Positions 28,740-41,201 are shown, counted from the first letter of the stretch. The stretch is 64,000 bases of DNA from an uncultured Actinomycetota bacterium (GCA_963850325.1 CAWKLB010000006.1:91136-155135), one strand, 5' to 3'. Made by a program: numbers and translations. The notes: generated by a model from the sequence alone, not told the origin.

Positions 28740-29630
28740 TCAGGCGACGGGGACGCCGTGGGGCGCCGCCACCGCCGCCACCGCGGAGATGAGGGCCGGG
28801 TTGTAGTCGTCGGCGCGGTCGGTGACCTCGAGGTGGTCGATGGGCACCTCGAACACCGTCGCGCCGGCCGCCTGGGCCAGCTCGCGCTGCTTGGCCGGCG
28901 AGACCATCTGATCGCGGCCGGTCAGCACCATCGCCGCGGGCGGGCGCGTCAGCGATGCCAGCCACGGGCGCGAATCGAAGCGCCCCAGCTCGCGACCGGC
29001 CTCGGCGACGTCGCGAGCCTCGTGGCGCATGAGTTCCGACAGCCACCAGGCGGTGCGCTCGGTGAGACGGATCTTGGCGCTGCGGAAGGCCCCCCGATAG
29101 AACCACCGGGGCGCGAGGCCCAGCAGCACGCCGACGATGCCCATCCATTTCCACAGCTTGCGGGTCTCGGGGTCCTGGAAGTGCTGGCAGGTACCGCTGA
29201 GCACAAGCCCGCTCATCACGTCGGGGTGGTCGCGGGCCACGAGCTGAGCGATGACGCCGCCCATCGAATAGCCCACGACGACCGCCGGGCCGACGCCGAG
29301 CTCGCGCAGGATCGCGGCGGCGTCGGCGGCACAGTCCTCGAGGCGGAACGGGGCGAGGGCGCGGAGGCCGCGGCCGTGGCCGCGATGGTCGACCGCCAGA
29401 ACCCGGTAGCCGGCCGCCACCAGCGCGCCGTAGGCGCCATGCCAGTTGAGATCCGCGGTGACCATCCAGCCGTGCAGGAGCATGACGGTGGGGCGGGTGG
29501 GGTCGGTCTCGCCGCTGTCACGCAGGAAGAACTCGCCCCGGTGGGGGACGATGAGCGTCCGCGCCGGGAGCATCTCGTGCGGCGGGACGGGGGAGTAGGA
29601 CTGACGGCGGGACCGGCGCACCCGGGCCAT
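28740..29630 (-). CDS. Alpha/beta fold hydrolase
   Basis: LLHGWMVT, VDHRGHGRG, GYSMGG. Confidence 0.88.
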   Translation of the reverse strand: MARVRRSRRQSYSPVPPHEMLPARTLIVPHRGEFFLRDSGETDPTRPTVMLLHGWMVTADLNWHGAYGALVAAGYRVLAVDHRGHGRGLRALAPFRLEDCAADAAAILRELGVGPAVVVGYSMGGVIAQLVARDHPDVMSGLVLSGTCQHFQDPETRKLWKWMGIVGVLLGLAPRWFYRGAFRSAKIRLTERTAWWLSELMRHEARDVAEAGRELGRFDSRPWLASLTRPPAAMVLTGRDQMVSPAKQRELAQAAGATVFEVPIDHLEVTDRADDYNPALISAVAAVAAPHGVPVA

Positions 29631-29678
29631 GCTACCCGCGCCCTCATCCCCACCCACCCGCCTCCTACCATCAGCTTC

Positions 29679-31640
29679 ATGGCCGTCGTCATCGCATCGG
29701 ATCTGGGCAAGGACATCGCGGGAGAGCCCCTGCTGCGGGGGATCTCGTTCAAGCTCGAGCGACGCGACCGGATGACTCTGTCGGGCCGCAATGGTGCCGG
29801 CAAGACGACGCTCTTGCGGATGCTCTCGAGCGAGGCCTCGGTGGACTCGGGCGAGCTGGTGCTGGGCAAGGGGGCGAAGGTCAAGCTGCACGACCAGCGC
29901 CCGCCCCGGGACCGCAACCTGAGCCTGCGCGATTACATCCTGTCCGGCGCGCCCGAGCTGGTGGCGATCGAGCGTGAGCTGGGCTCGCTGGAGGAGGCGA
30001 TGGCCCAGGGCGCCCATGACGAGGCCACCCTCGGGCGCTACTCCGCAGCCCAGGCTGCGCTCGAGCACGCCGGCGGCTACGCCTGGCGCGACCGCGCGCT
30101 GGCCACCCTGCACGGGCTTGGCTTCCGCGACGACGCCGACCTTGACCGCTCCCTGGACACCTTCTCCGGTGGTGAGCTCACCCGCGCCTCCCTCGGTCGT
30201 GCCCTGGCGGGGACGCCCGATCTACTGCTCCTGGATGAGCCGACCAATCATCTGGACATCGAATCTCTGGAGTGGCTGGAGGCCCACCTCATCTCCCTGG
30301 ACGCCGCCATCGTGCTCGTCGCGCACGACCGCTGGTTCCTGGAGTCCGTGGGCACTTCGGTACTCGAGCTGGAGGCCGGGCGAGGGAAGTTCTTCTCCGG
30401 CACGTGGCACGAGTGGCGCAAGGAGAAGGCCTCGCGCGAGCTTGCCCTGGGGCGCGCGATCGAGCGCCAGGAGGCCGAGATCGAGCGCCTGGAGCGGTTC
30501 GTCACCCGCTTTCGCGCGGGGACCCGTGCCCGCCAGGCCCAGTCGCGGGTCAAGAAGCTCTCCAAGATCCAGCGGCTGTCGGCTGACCCGGCCGACGGTG
30601 CCGCCCTGCAGTTCGCGTTCAAGCCCCCCGAGCGCAGCGGCCGCGTCGTCTTCGAGCTCGAGCACGCCGAGCTGTCAGCGGGCGACAAGGAGCTCCTGCA
30701 CGACGCCGAGCTGTGGCTGGAGCGCGGTGAACACGTGTCCCTCGTGGGGGCCAACGGCACCGGCAAGACGACCCTGATCGAGACACTGGCGGGCCGGCGC
30801 GAGCTGCCTGCGGGCAAGCTCCTCACCGGTCACAACGTCAAGCTCGGGTACCTCTCCCAGCACGCCGAGGAGCTCAACGCTGGCACCGCGCGCACCGTGC
30901 TGGAGGCCACGCAGCGCGCCTCCGGGCTGACTCCGGCCAAGGCGCGCGCGCTGCTCGGGCGCTTCCTGTTCTCCGGCGAGGACGCCGAGAAGCCGCTGGA
31001 CGGCCTGTCCGGTGGGGAGCGGCGGCGGCTGTCCCTGGCGATCCTCGTCCATTCCGGCGCCAACGTCCTCATCCTCGACGAGCCAACCAACCACCTGGAC
31101 CTGGAGAGCCGCGAGGCGCTGGAATCGGCGCTGCGCGAGTTCGCGGGGTCGCTGCTGCTCGTCTCCCACGACCGCGCGCTGCTGGACGCGATCGGGACGC
31201 GCACCGTCGCCCTGGAGGACCAGGAGCTGCACAGCTACGTCGGCGGCTGGCCCGAGTACCTGCGGGTGCGCGAGGAGCGCGCCAAGGCGCCCCCGCCGCC
31301 CAAGGCCAAGGCCGCGTCGGGCAAGACGAAGGCCGCGTCGGGCAAGACGAAGGCGGGCCAGTCCACGGCCGCGTCGGGCAAGGCCAACGGCAACCGAGCC
31401 GGCGGATCAGGCGAGGCCAAGAAGCGCAACCCGCCCAAGCCCAAGCCGGGGCGGGGCGCGGCGCGCCTGGAGGCCGAGATCGAGGCCGCCGAGGCCGCCC
31501 TGCGCGCCATCGAGGACGAGCTGGCCGATCCGGCCGCCTGGGCGACGCCCGACGTCACCGCGCGATCCTCGGCGCGCCACGAGGAGGCCCAGCGCAAGGT
31601 CGCCGAGCTCTATGAGCGCTGGGAAGCCGTGGCCGGCTGA
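29679..31640 (+). CDS. ABC-F family ATP-binding protein
   Basis: Two NBDs (GRNGAGKT/FSGGE/LDEPTNHLD and GANGTGKT/LSGGE/LDEPTNHLD); no TM domains; C-terminal coiled coil. Confidence 0.93.
   Translation: MAVVIASDLGKDIAGEPLLRGISFKLERRDRMTLSGRNGAGKTTLLRMLSSEASVDSGELVLGKGAKVKLHDQRPPRDRNLSLRDYILSGAPELVAIERELGSLEEAMAQGAHDEATLGRYSAAQAALEHAGGYAWRDRALATLHGLGFRDDADLDRSLDTFSGGELTRASLGRALAGTPDLLLLDEPTNHLDIESLEWLEAHLISLDAAIVLVAHDRWFLESVGTSVLELEAGRGKFFSGTWHEWRKEKASRELALGRAIERQEAEIERLERFVTRFRAGTRARQAQSRVKKLSKIQRLSADPADGAALQFAFKPPERSGRVVFELEHAELSAGDKELLHDAELWLERGEHVSLVGANGTGKTTLIETLAGRRELPAGKLLTGHNVKLGYLSQHAEELNAGTARTVLEATQRASGLTPAKARALLGRFLFSGEDAEKPLDGLSGGERRRLSLAILVHSGANVLILDEPTNHLDLESREALESALREFAGSLLLVSHDRALLDAIGTRTVALEDQELHSYVGGWPEYLRVREERAKAPPPPKAKAASGKTKAASGKTKAGQSTAASGKANGNRAGGSGEAKKRNPPKPKPGRGAARLEAEIEAAEAALRAIEDELADPAAWATPDVTARSSARHEEAQRKVAELYERWEAVAG
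31308..31382 (+). repeat. 21-bp tandem repeat (KAASGKT) x2 plus a partial third copy inside the ABC-F linker
   Basis: AAGGCCGCGTCGGGCAAGACG repeated. Confidence 0.8.
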
Positions 31641-31673
31641 GGCCCGCCGGACGCCCCACTACACTGAAAACCA

Positions 31674-32513
31674 ATGCCCCAGCCCCTCCCGGCTTCGGCT
31701 CTGCGCATCGCGCTGATCGACGATGACAGCGGGATGATCACGGTATTGGACCGCCGCTTTGCCGCCAACCGGTGGGAGAGCCAGGTGATCGGCTATGCCG
31801 CGGACCCCGATCAGCTGACGGCGCTCAAGCTCCACGCGCTGGTCGTCAACCCCGCCATCACGGGGCTGGGCTACATCGAGTGGGTCGCTGACCGGCTGCC
31901 CGGGCTGGCCGTGCTGGTGTGCAGCCGCCCCGCCCCCGTGGCCGACCGGGTCCGCGCCCTCCGTACCGGCGCCGACGACTGGATCACCAAGCCCTGCCAT
32001 CCCGAGGAGCTGGTCGCCCGGATCGAGGCGGTGCTGCGCCGCCGCCGCGCCGGTGAGCTGCCCGACGGCGACGACATCGTCACCGCGGGCGAACTGGCCA
32101 TCCGCCAGGACCGCTTTGACGCCTACGCCAACGGCACCCCCGCGACGCTCTCGCGCAAGGAGTTCGAGCTGCTGGCCCAGCTGGCCGGTGCCGGCGGGCG
32201 CGTGCTCGAGCGCGAGGACATCTACCAGCGGGTGTGGGGCTACACGATGGCGCGAGGCGACCGCTCGGTGGACGTGTTCGTACGCAAGCTGCGCCAGAAG
32301 CTCGAGGCGATCTCGCCGGAGTGGCGCTACGTCCACACGCACTTCGGGGTGGGGTACCGGTTCGCCGCCGAGCGCGCGGACGGGACCGTGCCCGAGCCGA
32401 CCCCGCAGGTCTCGGCCCCCGCAGCGCCCGCGGCGCCCCCGGCACCCGACCGCGCGCCGCCGCCGCCACCACCGCCGCCGAGCGTTGCGGCACGGCGTAC
32501 GCTGTCTGTATGA
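31674..32513 (+). CDS. OmpR-family response regulator with atypical receiver domain
   Basis: GADDWITKP; LSRKEFELL; DRSVDVFVRKLRQKL; THFGVGYRF; Asn at the phosphoacceptor position. Confidence 0.9.
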   Translation: MPQPLPASALRIALIDDDSGMITVLDRRFAANRWESQVIGYAADPDQLTALKLHALVVNPAITGLGYIEWVADRLPGLAVLVCSRPAPVADRVRALRTGADDWITKPCHPEELVARIEAVLRRRRAGELPDGDDIVTAGELAIRQDRFDAYANGTPATLSRKEFELLAQLAGAGGRVLEREDIYQRVWGYTMARGDRSVDVFVRKLRQKLEAISPEWRYVHTHFGVGYRFAAERADGTVPEPTPQVSAPAAPAAPPAPDRAPPPPPPPPSVAARRTLSV

Positions 32514-32869
32514 ACGTCAGCCCCACCGTCCGCAACGTCGTCATCATCGCCGTCCTCGCCGCGATGGTGGCCATCCTGCCCGGCGGCGGCACGGGCGCCC
32601 AGGTCGTCCTGACTGGTCTGTACCTCATCTTCCTGGGTACGACGATCTGGGTGGCCAGCGTCCTGTATCGCGAGCACCGTGGCACGCTCTACCTGATGCC
32701 CGACAGCCGGCGCGCGCTGCTCTACATCGCGGTCGCGGTGCTGGCGGTGACGCTGACGGCCACCCACAGGCTGTGGGCCACCCCCGCGGGGTCAGTGGCC
32801 TGGCTGGTCCTCATCGGCGCCTCGGTGTACGCGGGCTTCGCGGTCATCTGGGCCGCTCGGCGCTACTGA
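32510..32869 (+). CDS. Small hypothetical membrane protein
   Basis: Four hydrophobic helices; ATGA overlap with the regulator. Confidence 0.7.
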   Translation: MNVSPTVRNVVIIAVLAAMVAILPGGGTGAQVVLTGLYLIFLGTTIWVASVLYREHRGTLYLMPDSRRALLYIAVAVLAVTLTATHRLWATPAGSVAWLVLIGASVYAGFAVIWAARRY

Positions 32870-32925
32870 GCGCGGGTAGCGCGAATCCCTGGCAGGTCGG
32901 CCCCAGGCCGTACACTGCCGCCGCC

Positions 32926-33396
32926 GTGAGCAAGGGAGCGCGTGAGACGATCTCCGATTGGCTGATGGCGATCTCCGGGCCGCTGCTGCTCGGGTCGCTG
33001 TTCCTCACCTGGAGCCATCAGCTCTCCACGGGGTTCCGGGCTCGCTACGGCGGGACCGTCGCGCTGGCCGGCGTCCCGGCCGATCCCACCGCCTGGCAGG
33101 TCTACTCGGGCGCCGACGTGCTGCTCGCGCTGGTGGCCGGCGGCCTGATGGCGGTGGCACTCTGGGGCGGGCGGGCGCGGCGGATCGCGCTGACGCTGGC
33201 GCTGACCGTGGCCGTGGTGTTCGTGATCCACGCGATGAGCGTCCCGCCCACCAACGGGGCGCTGCTGTTTGACCCGACGCTGACGCCGCCCGGGTATACC
33301 GCCAACCCGGTGACCTCGGGGGCGGGGGAGGTGCTGGCGCTGGTGGCGCTGGGCCTGGGGAGCATCGGGGTGGCGCTGGCGTTCACGGTGGACTGA
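32926..33396 (+). CDS. Hypothetical membrane protein
   Basis: LLLGSLFLTW...AWQVYSGADVLL; four TM segments. Confidence 0.68.
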   Translation: MSKGARETISDWLMAISGPLLLGSLFLTWSHQLSTGFRARYGGTVALAGVPADPTAWQVYSGADVLLALVAGGLMAVALWGGRARRIALTLALTVAVVFVIHAMSVPPTNGALLFDPTLTPPGYTANPVTSGAGEVLALVALGLGSIGVALAFTVD

Positions 33397-33463
33397 GATC
33401 ACGGCCGGGGCACCGGGAACTACGGTCAGAAACTGGCCGGGCGAGTCCTAAGATCGGATAGCG

Positions 33464-35362
33464 ATGGCTGTCTTTCCCGCCGACCGGCGTCGCGACCTTC
33501 CCGACCAGCCCGGCGTGTACCTGTTCCGCGACGAGCGCGGCAAGGTGATCTACGTCGGCAAGGCGATCTCGATCAAGAAGCGCGTCGCCTCGCACTTCTC
33601 CAACCCGAGCACGCGCGCGGGCCACGACCTGCTGCCGATGATCGCCCAGATCGAGGCGCTCGTCGTGCAGACCGAGTCCGAGGCGCTGCTCGTGGAGCAG
33701 AACTTCATCAAGCAGTACAAGCCGCGGTTCAACATCCGCCTGCGCGACGACAAGTCCTATCCGTACATCGCGATCTCGCTGGACGAGGACTTCCCGCGGG
33801 TCTACTTCACCCGGGAGCGCCACCGCCGCGACCGCGCGTACTTCGGCCCCTACTCCAACGCCAAGCGGGTCCGCTCGACGCTCGAGGTGCTGGGCAAGGT
33901 GTTCATGTTCCGCTCCTGCGACGGCCCCGAGCCGGGGCGGCGCAGCGGCTCGCCCTGCCTGGACTACTACATCAAGCGCTGCGAAGCGCCGTGCGTCGGC
34001 TATGTCGACAAGGAGGGCTACCGCAAGGCCATCGACGGCGTCATCGCGTTCCTCTCCGGGCGCTACAAGGAGATCGAGTGGGCGCTCAACGAGGAGATGA
34101 AGCTGGCGGCCTCCGAGCAGCGCTTCGAGGACGCCGCCCGCGAGCGCAACCGTCTGCGCGCGGTGCGCTCGCTGCTCGAGCGCCAGCGCGTCGCCCACGA
34201 GGATGGGTCCTTGGACGCGATCGCGGTCGCCGTCGCCGAGGGCGAGGCCAACGCGCAGGTGTTCCAGATCCGCGACGGCGTCCTGTCCGATCGCCAGAGC
34301 TTCTACCTTGACAACGCGTCGGGCGCCGAGGTCTCCGAGGTCGCCGAGGCGTTCATCCTGCAGTACTACGCCAGCGCGATGTCCGTGCCGCCGCTCGTCA
34401 TCGTCCAGAAGGAGCTCGGTCCGCAGCCCGCGCTGGCCGAGGCGCTCAGCGCGCGCCGCGGGGGCAACGTCGAGATCCGCGCCGCCGAGCGCGGGGACAA
34501 GCGGCGCATCCTCGAGCTGGCCGAGCGCAACGCGATCCTCGCGATCGACCAGGAGAAGCTGCGCTCCGAGCGCCGACGCCAGCAGCGTGTCGAGGCGCTG
34601 GACGGCCTGCAGCAGGCCCTGGGGCTCGACGTGGTCCCGCTGCGGATCGAGTGCTTTGACATCTCGACGCTGATGGGGACCAACACCGTGGCCTCGATGG
34701 TGGTCTTCGAGGGCGGCGCCCCCAAGAAGTCCGACTACCGCCGCTTCAAGGTGTTCACCGTGGGCGACGCCTCGGTGCGCGCGGGAGACGGCCCCGACTC
34801 ACCCGACTACGGCCCCGACGACTTCGCGGCGATGGAGGAGGTGCTGGGGCGGCGGTTCGCGCGTTGGGAGCAGCAGCGCGACGTCTCACCCCACGACAAG
34901 GACTACGACCCCAGCTTCGCCGCGCTGCCCAACGTCGTCGTCATCGATGGCGGCAAGGGCCAGCTGGCCGCGGGCCTGCGCGCTCTCCAGGGCTTCCGCG
35001 ACCGCGGCGTCACCGTGATCTCGCTGGCCAAGCGGATCGAGGAGGTCTTCATCCCCGGCCGCGAGGCGCCGCTCCTGCTCGCCCACGACACCCCCGAGCT
35101 CCAGCTGCTCCAGCGCGTGCGTGACGAGGCTCACCGCTTCGCCATCACCCACCATCGGATCCGGCGCGACCGGGCGATGACGGCCTCGGTGCTCGACGAC
35201 CTGCCGGGCGTCGGCCCAGCGCGCAAGCGGGCGCTGCTGGCCCACTTCGGCTCGCCTGACGCGATCCTGGCGGCGAGCCGGGAGGAGCTCGAGTCGGTGC
35301 CGGGCCTGCCTGGAAAGCTCGCTCGCGAGATGTACCGCGAGCTGCATAAGACGGGGGTCTAG
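33464..35362 (+). CDS. uvrC: Excinuclease ABC subunit C
   Basis: GIY-YIG (PGVYLF...IYVGKA), RIECFDIS, IDGGKGQL, RDEAHRFAI, HhH GVGPAR. Confidence 0.97.
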   Translation: MAVFPADRRRDLPDQPGVYLFRDERGKVIYVGKAISIKKRVASHFSNPSTRAGHDLLPMIAQIEALVVQTESEALLVEQNFIKQYKPRFNIRLRDDKSYPYIAISLDEDFPRVYFTRERHRRDRAYFGPYSNAKRVRSTLEVLGKVFMFRSCDGPEPGRRSGSPCLDYYIKRCEAPCVGYVDKEGYRKAIDGVIAFLSGRYKEIEWALNEEMKLAASEQRFEDAARERNRLRAVRSLLERQRVAHEDGSLDAIAVAVAEGEANAQVFQIRDGVLSDRQSFYLDNASGAEVSEVAEAFILQYYASAMSVPPLVIVQKELGPQPALAEALSARRGGNVEIRAAERGDKRRILELAERNAILAIDQEKLRSERRRQQRVEALDGLQQALGLDVVPLRIECFDISTLMGTNTVASMVVFEGGAPKKSDYRRFKVFTVGDASVRAGDGPDSPDYGPDDFAAMEEVLGRRFARWEQQRDVSPHDKDYDPSFAALPNVVVIDGGKGQLAAGLRALQGFRDRGVTVISLAKRIEEVFIPGREAPLLLAHDTPELQLLQRVRDEAHRFAITHHRIRRDRAMTASVLDDLPGVGPARKRALLAHFGSPDAILAASREELESVPGLPGKLAREMYRELHKTGV

Positions 35363-35400
35363 CACCTCGCCGTCGGGACGACCGCCTGGGTGCCCGCGCC

Positions 35401-35439
35401 CGCATAACACGGCTGTCACGGCGTTACGTCGGTGTTATG
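35401..35439. promoter_or_regulatory. Inverted repeat GCATAACAC...GTGTTATGC upstream of the lipoprotein gene
   Basis: 9-bp perfect arms at 35401-35409 and 35431-35439. Confidence 0.45.
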
Positions 35440-35991
35440 CGCGGCTCCGTACAACCACCGGGTCGCCACGATCAGCACAAGGAGTCAGCCGAGGTGCAGG
35501 ATGCGGGTAGCAGTCAAGCGCTCGACCGCCCGCGCCACAGCGTCCTGACGGCGCTCGCCGTCGTCGGCTGTGCGATCGCAGTTGCGTCATGCGGATCCTC
35601 GGGCCCGAGCACCGCCAACGGGACCGGGAGCGGCGACGCGCTGGCGCTCAAATTCGCCGCGTGCATGCGCACGCACGGGGTGCCGAACTTCCCGGACCCC
35701 GGCGTGCCCGTCGGTCAGCCGGGCTCCGGGATCAACCCGGATGCCCCCGCAGTCCAGTCGTCCGAGCAGACGTGCGACAAGCTGACGCACAACCCTCAGC
35801 CCAAGGGCTCACCGGCCTCCGCCGCCCAGCGGGGCGCCGCGCTGGCGCAAGCGGCCTGCATGCGCACGCACGGCGTACCGCACTTTCCCGACCCGACGTT
35901 CCTGCCCAGCGGCGGAACGTCGGTCAATCTCGACGGGCTCAATCCACAGTCGCCGGCCTTTCGCAAAGCCCAGAAGATCTGCGGCCGTTGA
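35437..35991 (+). CDS. Actinobacterial lipoprotein with duplicated CMRTHGVPxFPDP motif
   Basis: Lipobox VASC; two CMRTHGVP(N/H)FPDP repeats. Confidence 0.8.
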   Translation: MRGSVQPPGRHDQHKESAEVQDAGSSQALDRPRHSVLTALAVVGCAIAVASCGSSGPSTANGTGSGDALALKFAACMRTHGVPNFPDPGVPVGQPGSGINPDAPAVQSSEQTCDKLTHNPQPKGSPASAAQRGAALAQAACMRTHGVPHFPDPTFLPSGGTSVNLDGLNPQSPAFRKAQKICGR

Positions 35992-35998
35992 TCGCTTC

Positions 35999-37558
35999 TC
36001 AGCGTCGCTTGGTCAGCCCGATGCCGCCGCCGCCCCCGCCCCCGATGGTGAGCAGCGCGGCGCTCCCAGCGGGCAGCGGCACGGTATAGACACCGGCCAC
36101 CGGCGCCACCGGCGTGGTCGAGAGGGCGGGCAGCGTGCCCGTCGTCGTCTCGTCGCCGAAGGTCTGCCCGCCCAGCGTGACCCCGTCGGTGGCGCTCACG
36201 CTGGGCGCCTGCAGGCTCTCGAGCGAGCCGGCGACGGTCGCCCCCGACACCGACAGCGAGACATCGTGCTCGGCGCTGGGATCCTTATTGATGAGCGTCA
36301 CGCGCACCGCGCCGTCGCCGCCCTGCGTCGCCCACACCTTCACCGGTGACCCCGTCCCACCGGCGCCGGTCGTCTGGAGCAGCTGCGCCCCAGCCGGGAA
36401 CGCCTGGGCGAACATGAGCAGGCCGTAGTACTCGGGATGGACGAACGCCTGCCAGGCGCCCGTGCTGTTGTGCGAGGTCGTGAACAGCTCGTAGTTGGAG
36501 CCGGGGAGCATGTGGAAGTTCACGCCGTCGACGCCGACTTTGGCGAACTGGAACATCGTGTCCAGCGCCCACAGCGCCGAGGCGAACGTGTCCGAGACTC
36601 CCTTCTCGCCCTGGCAGGACGCGGAGTTCATCTCGGCGACGCGGAAGGCCAGGTTATGGCGGTGCGCGACGGCGATGAACGGCGACATCGGGGTGGCCAG
36701 GCCGGCCGAGGCGCTGTCGGCCAGGAGGTTCGGGATCGAGGGGAAGCCGGGGCTGGTCGGGTCGGTCACGCAGGCCCGCAGCGGATAGCGGTGGTAGGTG
36801 ACCATGCCCAGCCGGGGGGCGGCCCCGATGAACGAGCCCAGCTTGCCCAGCCATCCCGGGCCCGAGACCGCCGGGCCGGCCAGGGGCACGTTGGGCAGGG
36901 TCCGGGCCCACTGGACGAACTGCTTGGTGTAGGCGCTGAGGTTGTAGCCGCGCCCGCGGGCCCGGTAGATGTGCCCGCGGCGGTCCTTGTACCACGGGAA
37001 CACGTTGTAGAGGTCGGGCTCGTTGCCGATCTCCAGGGCGTCGAGGTACTTGCGGCCGATGCCGTCCATGAACGCGCGGCCCTCGGCGGCCGCGATCGCC
37101 GGGCGACCGGCCGCGAGGTTGATGCCCAGGATCAGCTTGGCGTTCAGATCGGCGGCCAGGGCCTGCGTCGTGCGCAGCCAGCCCTTGGTGAGCGGGTAGT
37201 AGATCCCGCCCTGGGCGATCTGGCCGCGGATCGGCCACCACGTGCCGTCGGTGCTGTTTCCTCCGATCCGGATCACCGGAGGCTGGCCGCCCGCCAACCC
37301 GGACAGCAGCGACAGCAGCACCGGATCGATGGCGCGCGGGTCGCGGCCTGTGTACTGGTGGAGCGCTCGGTACTCGAAGGACACCCCCACGAAGCCGGGC
37401 GCCATCTCCTGGCCGGTGGGCGTTCCCGAGACGCTGGCGCTGAGCACGTCAGCGTGCGCGGCAACCGCCCCGGGCAAGACGAATCCGAGCGCCGCCACCA
37501 GAGCGATGCAGACGCGGCGGCGAAGCACGCGGGCCATACTGCCACACCTCGTACACAT
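35999..37558 (-). CDS. Secreted glycoside hydrolase family 79-like (beta-glucuronidase/heparanase-like)
   Basis: Signal peptide; IRIGGNSTD, LEIGNEPD, RVAEMNS, GVSDTFASALWALD. Confidence 0.82.
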   Translation of the reverse strand: MCTRCGSMARVLRRRVCIALVAALGFVLPGAVAAHADVLSASVSGTPTGQEMAPGFVGVSFEYRALHQYTGRDPRAIDPVLLSLLSGLAGGQPPVIRIGGNSTDGTWWPIRGQIAQGGIYYPLTKGWLRTTQALAADLNAKLILGINLAAGRPAIAAAEGRAFMDGIGRKYLDALEIGNEPDLYNVFPWYKDRRGHIYRARGRGYNLSAYTKQFVQWARTLPNVPLAGPAVSGPGWLGKLGSFIGAAPRLGMVTYHRYPLRACVTDPTSPGFPSIPNLLADSASAGLATPMSPFIAVAHRHNLAFRVAEMNSASCQGEKGVSDTFASALWALDTMFQFAKVGVDGVNFHMLPGSNYELFTTSHNSTGAWQAFVHPEYYGLLMFAQAFPAGAQLLQTTGAGGTGSPVKVWATQGGDGAVRVTLINKDPSAEHDVSLSVSGATVAGSLESLQAPSVSATDGVTLGGQTFGDETTTGTLPALSTTPVAPVAGVYTVPLPAGSAALLTIGGGGGGGIGLTKRR

Positions 37559-37601
37559 CTACGTCACCCCGCGTCCGCTTGACCCGTCAAGCTTTAGGGA
37601 G

Positions 37602-38519
37602 ATGACGGCCGGATCGGACACCAATGTGAGCGAACCGACGGGCGGCTCCGCCCTCACGGATCTCGTGGTGATCACGGGGTTTTCGGGGGCCGGCAAGTCC
37701 ACCGCGATGGCGGCTTTCGAGGACGAGGGCTACTTCTGCGTGGACAACCTGCCGCCGGAGATGATCCGCTCGCTGGTGGACCTGTTCATGCACGAGGGGT
37801 CCAAGGTGGCACGCGCAGCGGTCGTGTCCGATGCCCGCGGCGGAAGCTACTTCGAGGGCCTGGCGACGATGCTGGAGGACCTGCGGACGTCGGGCCTCCG
37901 TCACCGCGTCCTCTTCCTGGAGGCCGACGAGGCCGCGCTCCTCACCCGCTACAAGGAGACCCGGCGCCGCCACCCGCTCGCCCCCGAGGGGAGCGTCGCC
38001 GACGGCATCCGCCGCGAGCGCGAGCTGCTGGCGCCGGTGCGCGAGCGCGCCGACGTGGTCATCAACACCGGGCCGCTCACCGCGGCCATGCTGCGGCGCA
38101 AGCTCACCGACGAGCTGCTGCCTTCAAAGACCCCCGGCCGTCTGGCGGTCACGTTTCAGAGCTTCGGCTTCAAATACGCGGCCAGCCGCGACGCCGACGT
38201 GCTGTTCGACGTCCGCTTTCTGCCCAACCCCCACTACGAGCCGGACCTGCGCCCGCTGACGGGCGCCGACGCCCGGGTCGTCGCCTACATCAACCGCGAC
38301 GGCGCGCTCGACACCTTCTACGAGCACCTGCACCCGATGCTCGACTACCTGCTGCCCCAGTACCTGGGCGAGGGCAAGGCCCATCTGGTCATCGCCATCG
38401 GCTGCACCGGGGGCCGTCACCGGTCGGTGGCGATCGCGCTTCACCTTGCCGAGCGCTACGCCGGCCAGCCCGGCTACGTCGTGGACGTGTTGCACCGCGA
38501 CGTCGGCGAGCCGGCGTGA
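37602..38519 (+). CDS. rapZ: RapZ/YvcJ P-loop nucleotide-binding protein
   Basis: ITGFSGAGKS, FCVDNLPP, SFGFKY, FDVRFLPNPH, IGCTGGRHRSV. Confidence 0.95.
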   Translation: MTAGSDTNVSEPTGGSALTDLVVITGFSGAGKSTAMAAFEDEGYFCVDNLPPEMIRSLVDLFMHEGSKVARAAVVSDARGGSYFEGLATMLEDLRTSGLRHRVLFLEADEAALLTRYKETRRRHPLAPEGSVADGIRRERELLAPVRERADVVINTGPLTAAMLRRKLTDELLPSKTPGRLAVTFQSFGFKYAASRDADVLFDVRFLPNPHYEPDLRPLTGADARVVAYINRDGALDTFYEHLHPMLDYLLPQYLGEGKAHLVIAIGCTGGRHRSVAIALHLAERYAGQPGYVVDVLHRDVGEPA

Positions 38520-38878
38520 TCGATCACATCGGCTTCGAGGTCTCCGAGCTGGAGCGCACCGCCCGGTTCTACGACGCGGTGTTCTTCGCGCTGGGGGCGC
38601 GGCGCCTGGTCGAGAACGAGCACCTCGTCGCCTACGGGGTCAACGCACCCCTCTTCTTCTTCGTCCAGCGCGACCGCCCGCCCGCGCCCGGCTACGGCCA
38701 TCTCGCGCTCTCGGCGACGGGCAAGGCGGCCGTGGACGCCGCCCACGCGGCCGGGCTGGCCAACGGGGGAGCCGACGACGGCTCGCCCGGGCAGCGGCCG
38801 CAGTATGGGCGGCGGTATTACGCCGGATATCTGCTTGATCCGGACCGACTGCGCGTGGAGGTCGTCTCGCGACGGTGA
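38516..38878 (+). CDS. VOC/glyoxalase-family protein
   Basis: MIDHIGFEVS...HLAL...YYAGYLLDPD..RVEVV. Confidence 0.88.
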   Translation: MIDHIGFEVSELERTARFYDAVFFALGARRLVENEHLVAYGVNAPLFFFVQRDRPPAPGYGHLALSATGKAAVDAAHAAGLANGGADDGSPGQRPQYGRRYYAGYLLDPDRLRVEVVSRR

Positions 38879-38949
38879 GGGCATGATTCCGCGACCCATC
38901 CGCGGAGAGAGCCGGGCGCTCGGCGGGGATCCCAGCTCGGTTTAGGTAG

Positions 38950-41197
<2,248 letters not shown>

Positions 41198-41201
<4 letters not shown>

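Noticed and set aside
28500-29678. N-terminal extension making the ABC-F 1046 aa
   Set aside because: It overlaps two minus-strand genes; a -10 box and ATG at 29679 give a normal ABC-F length
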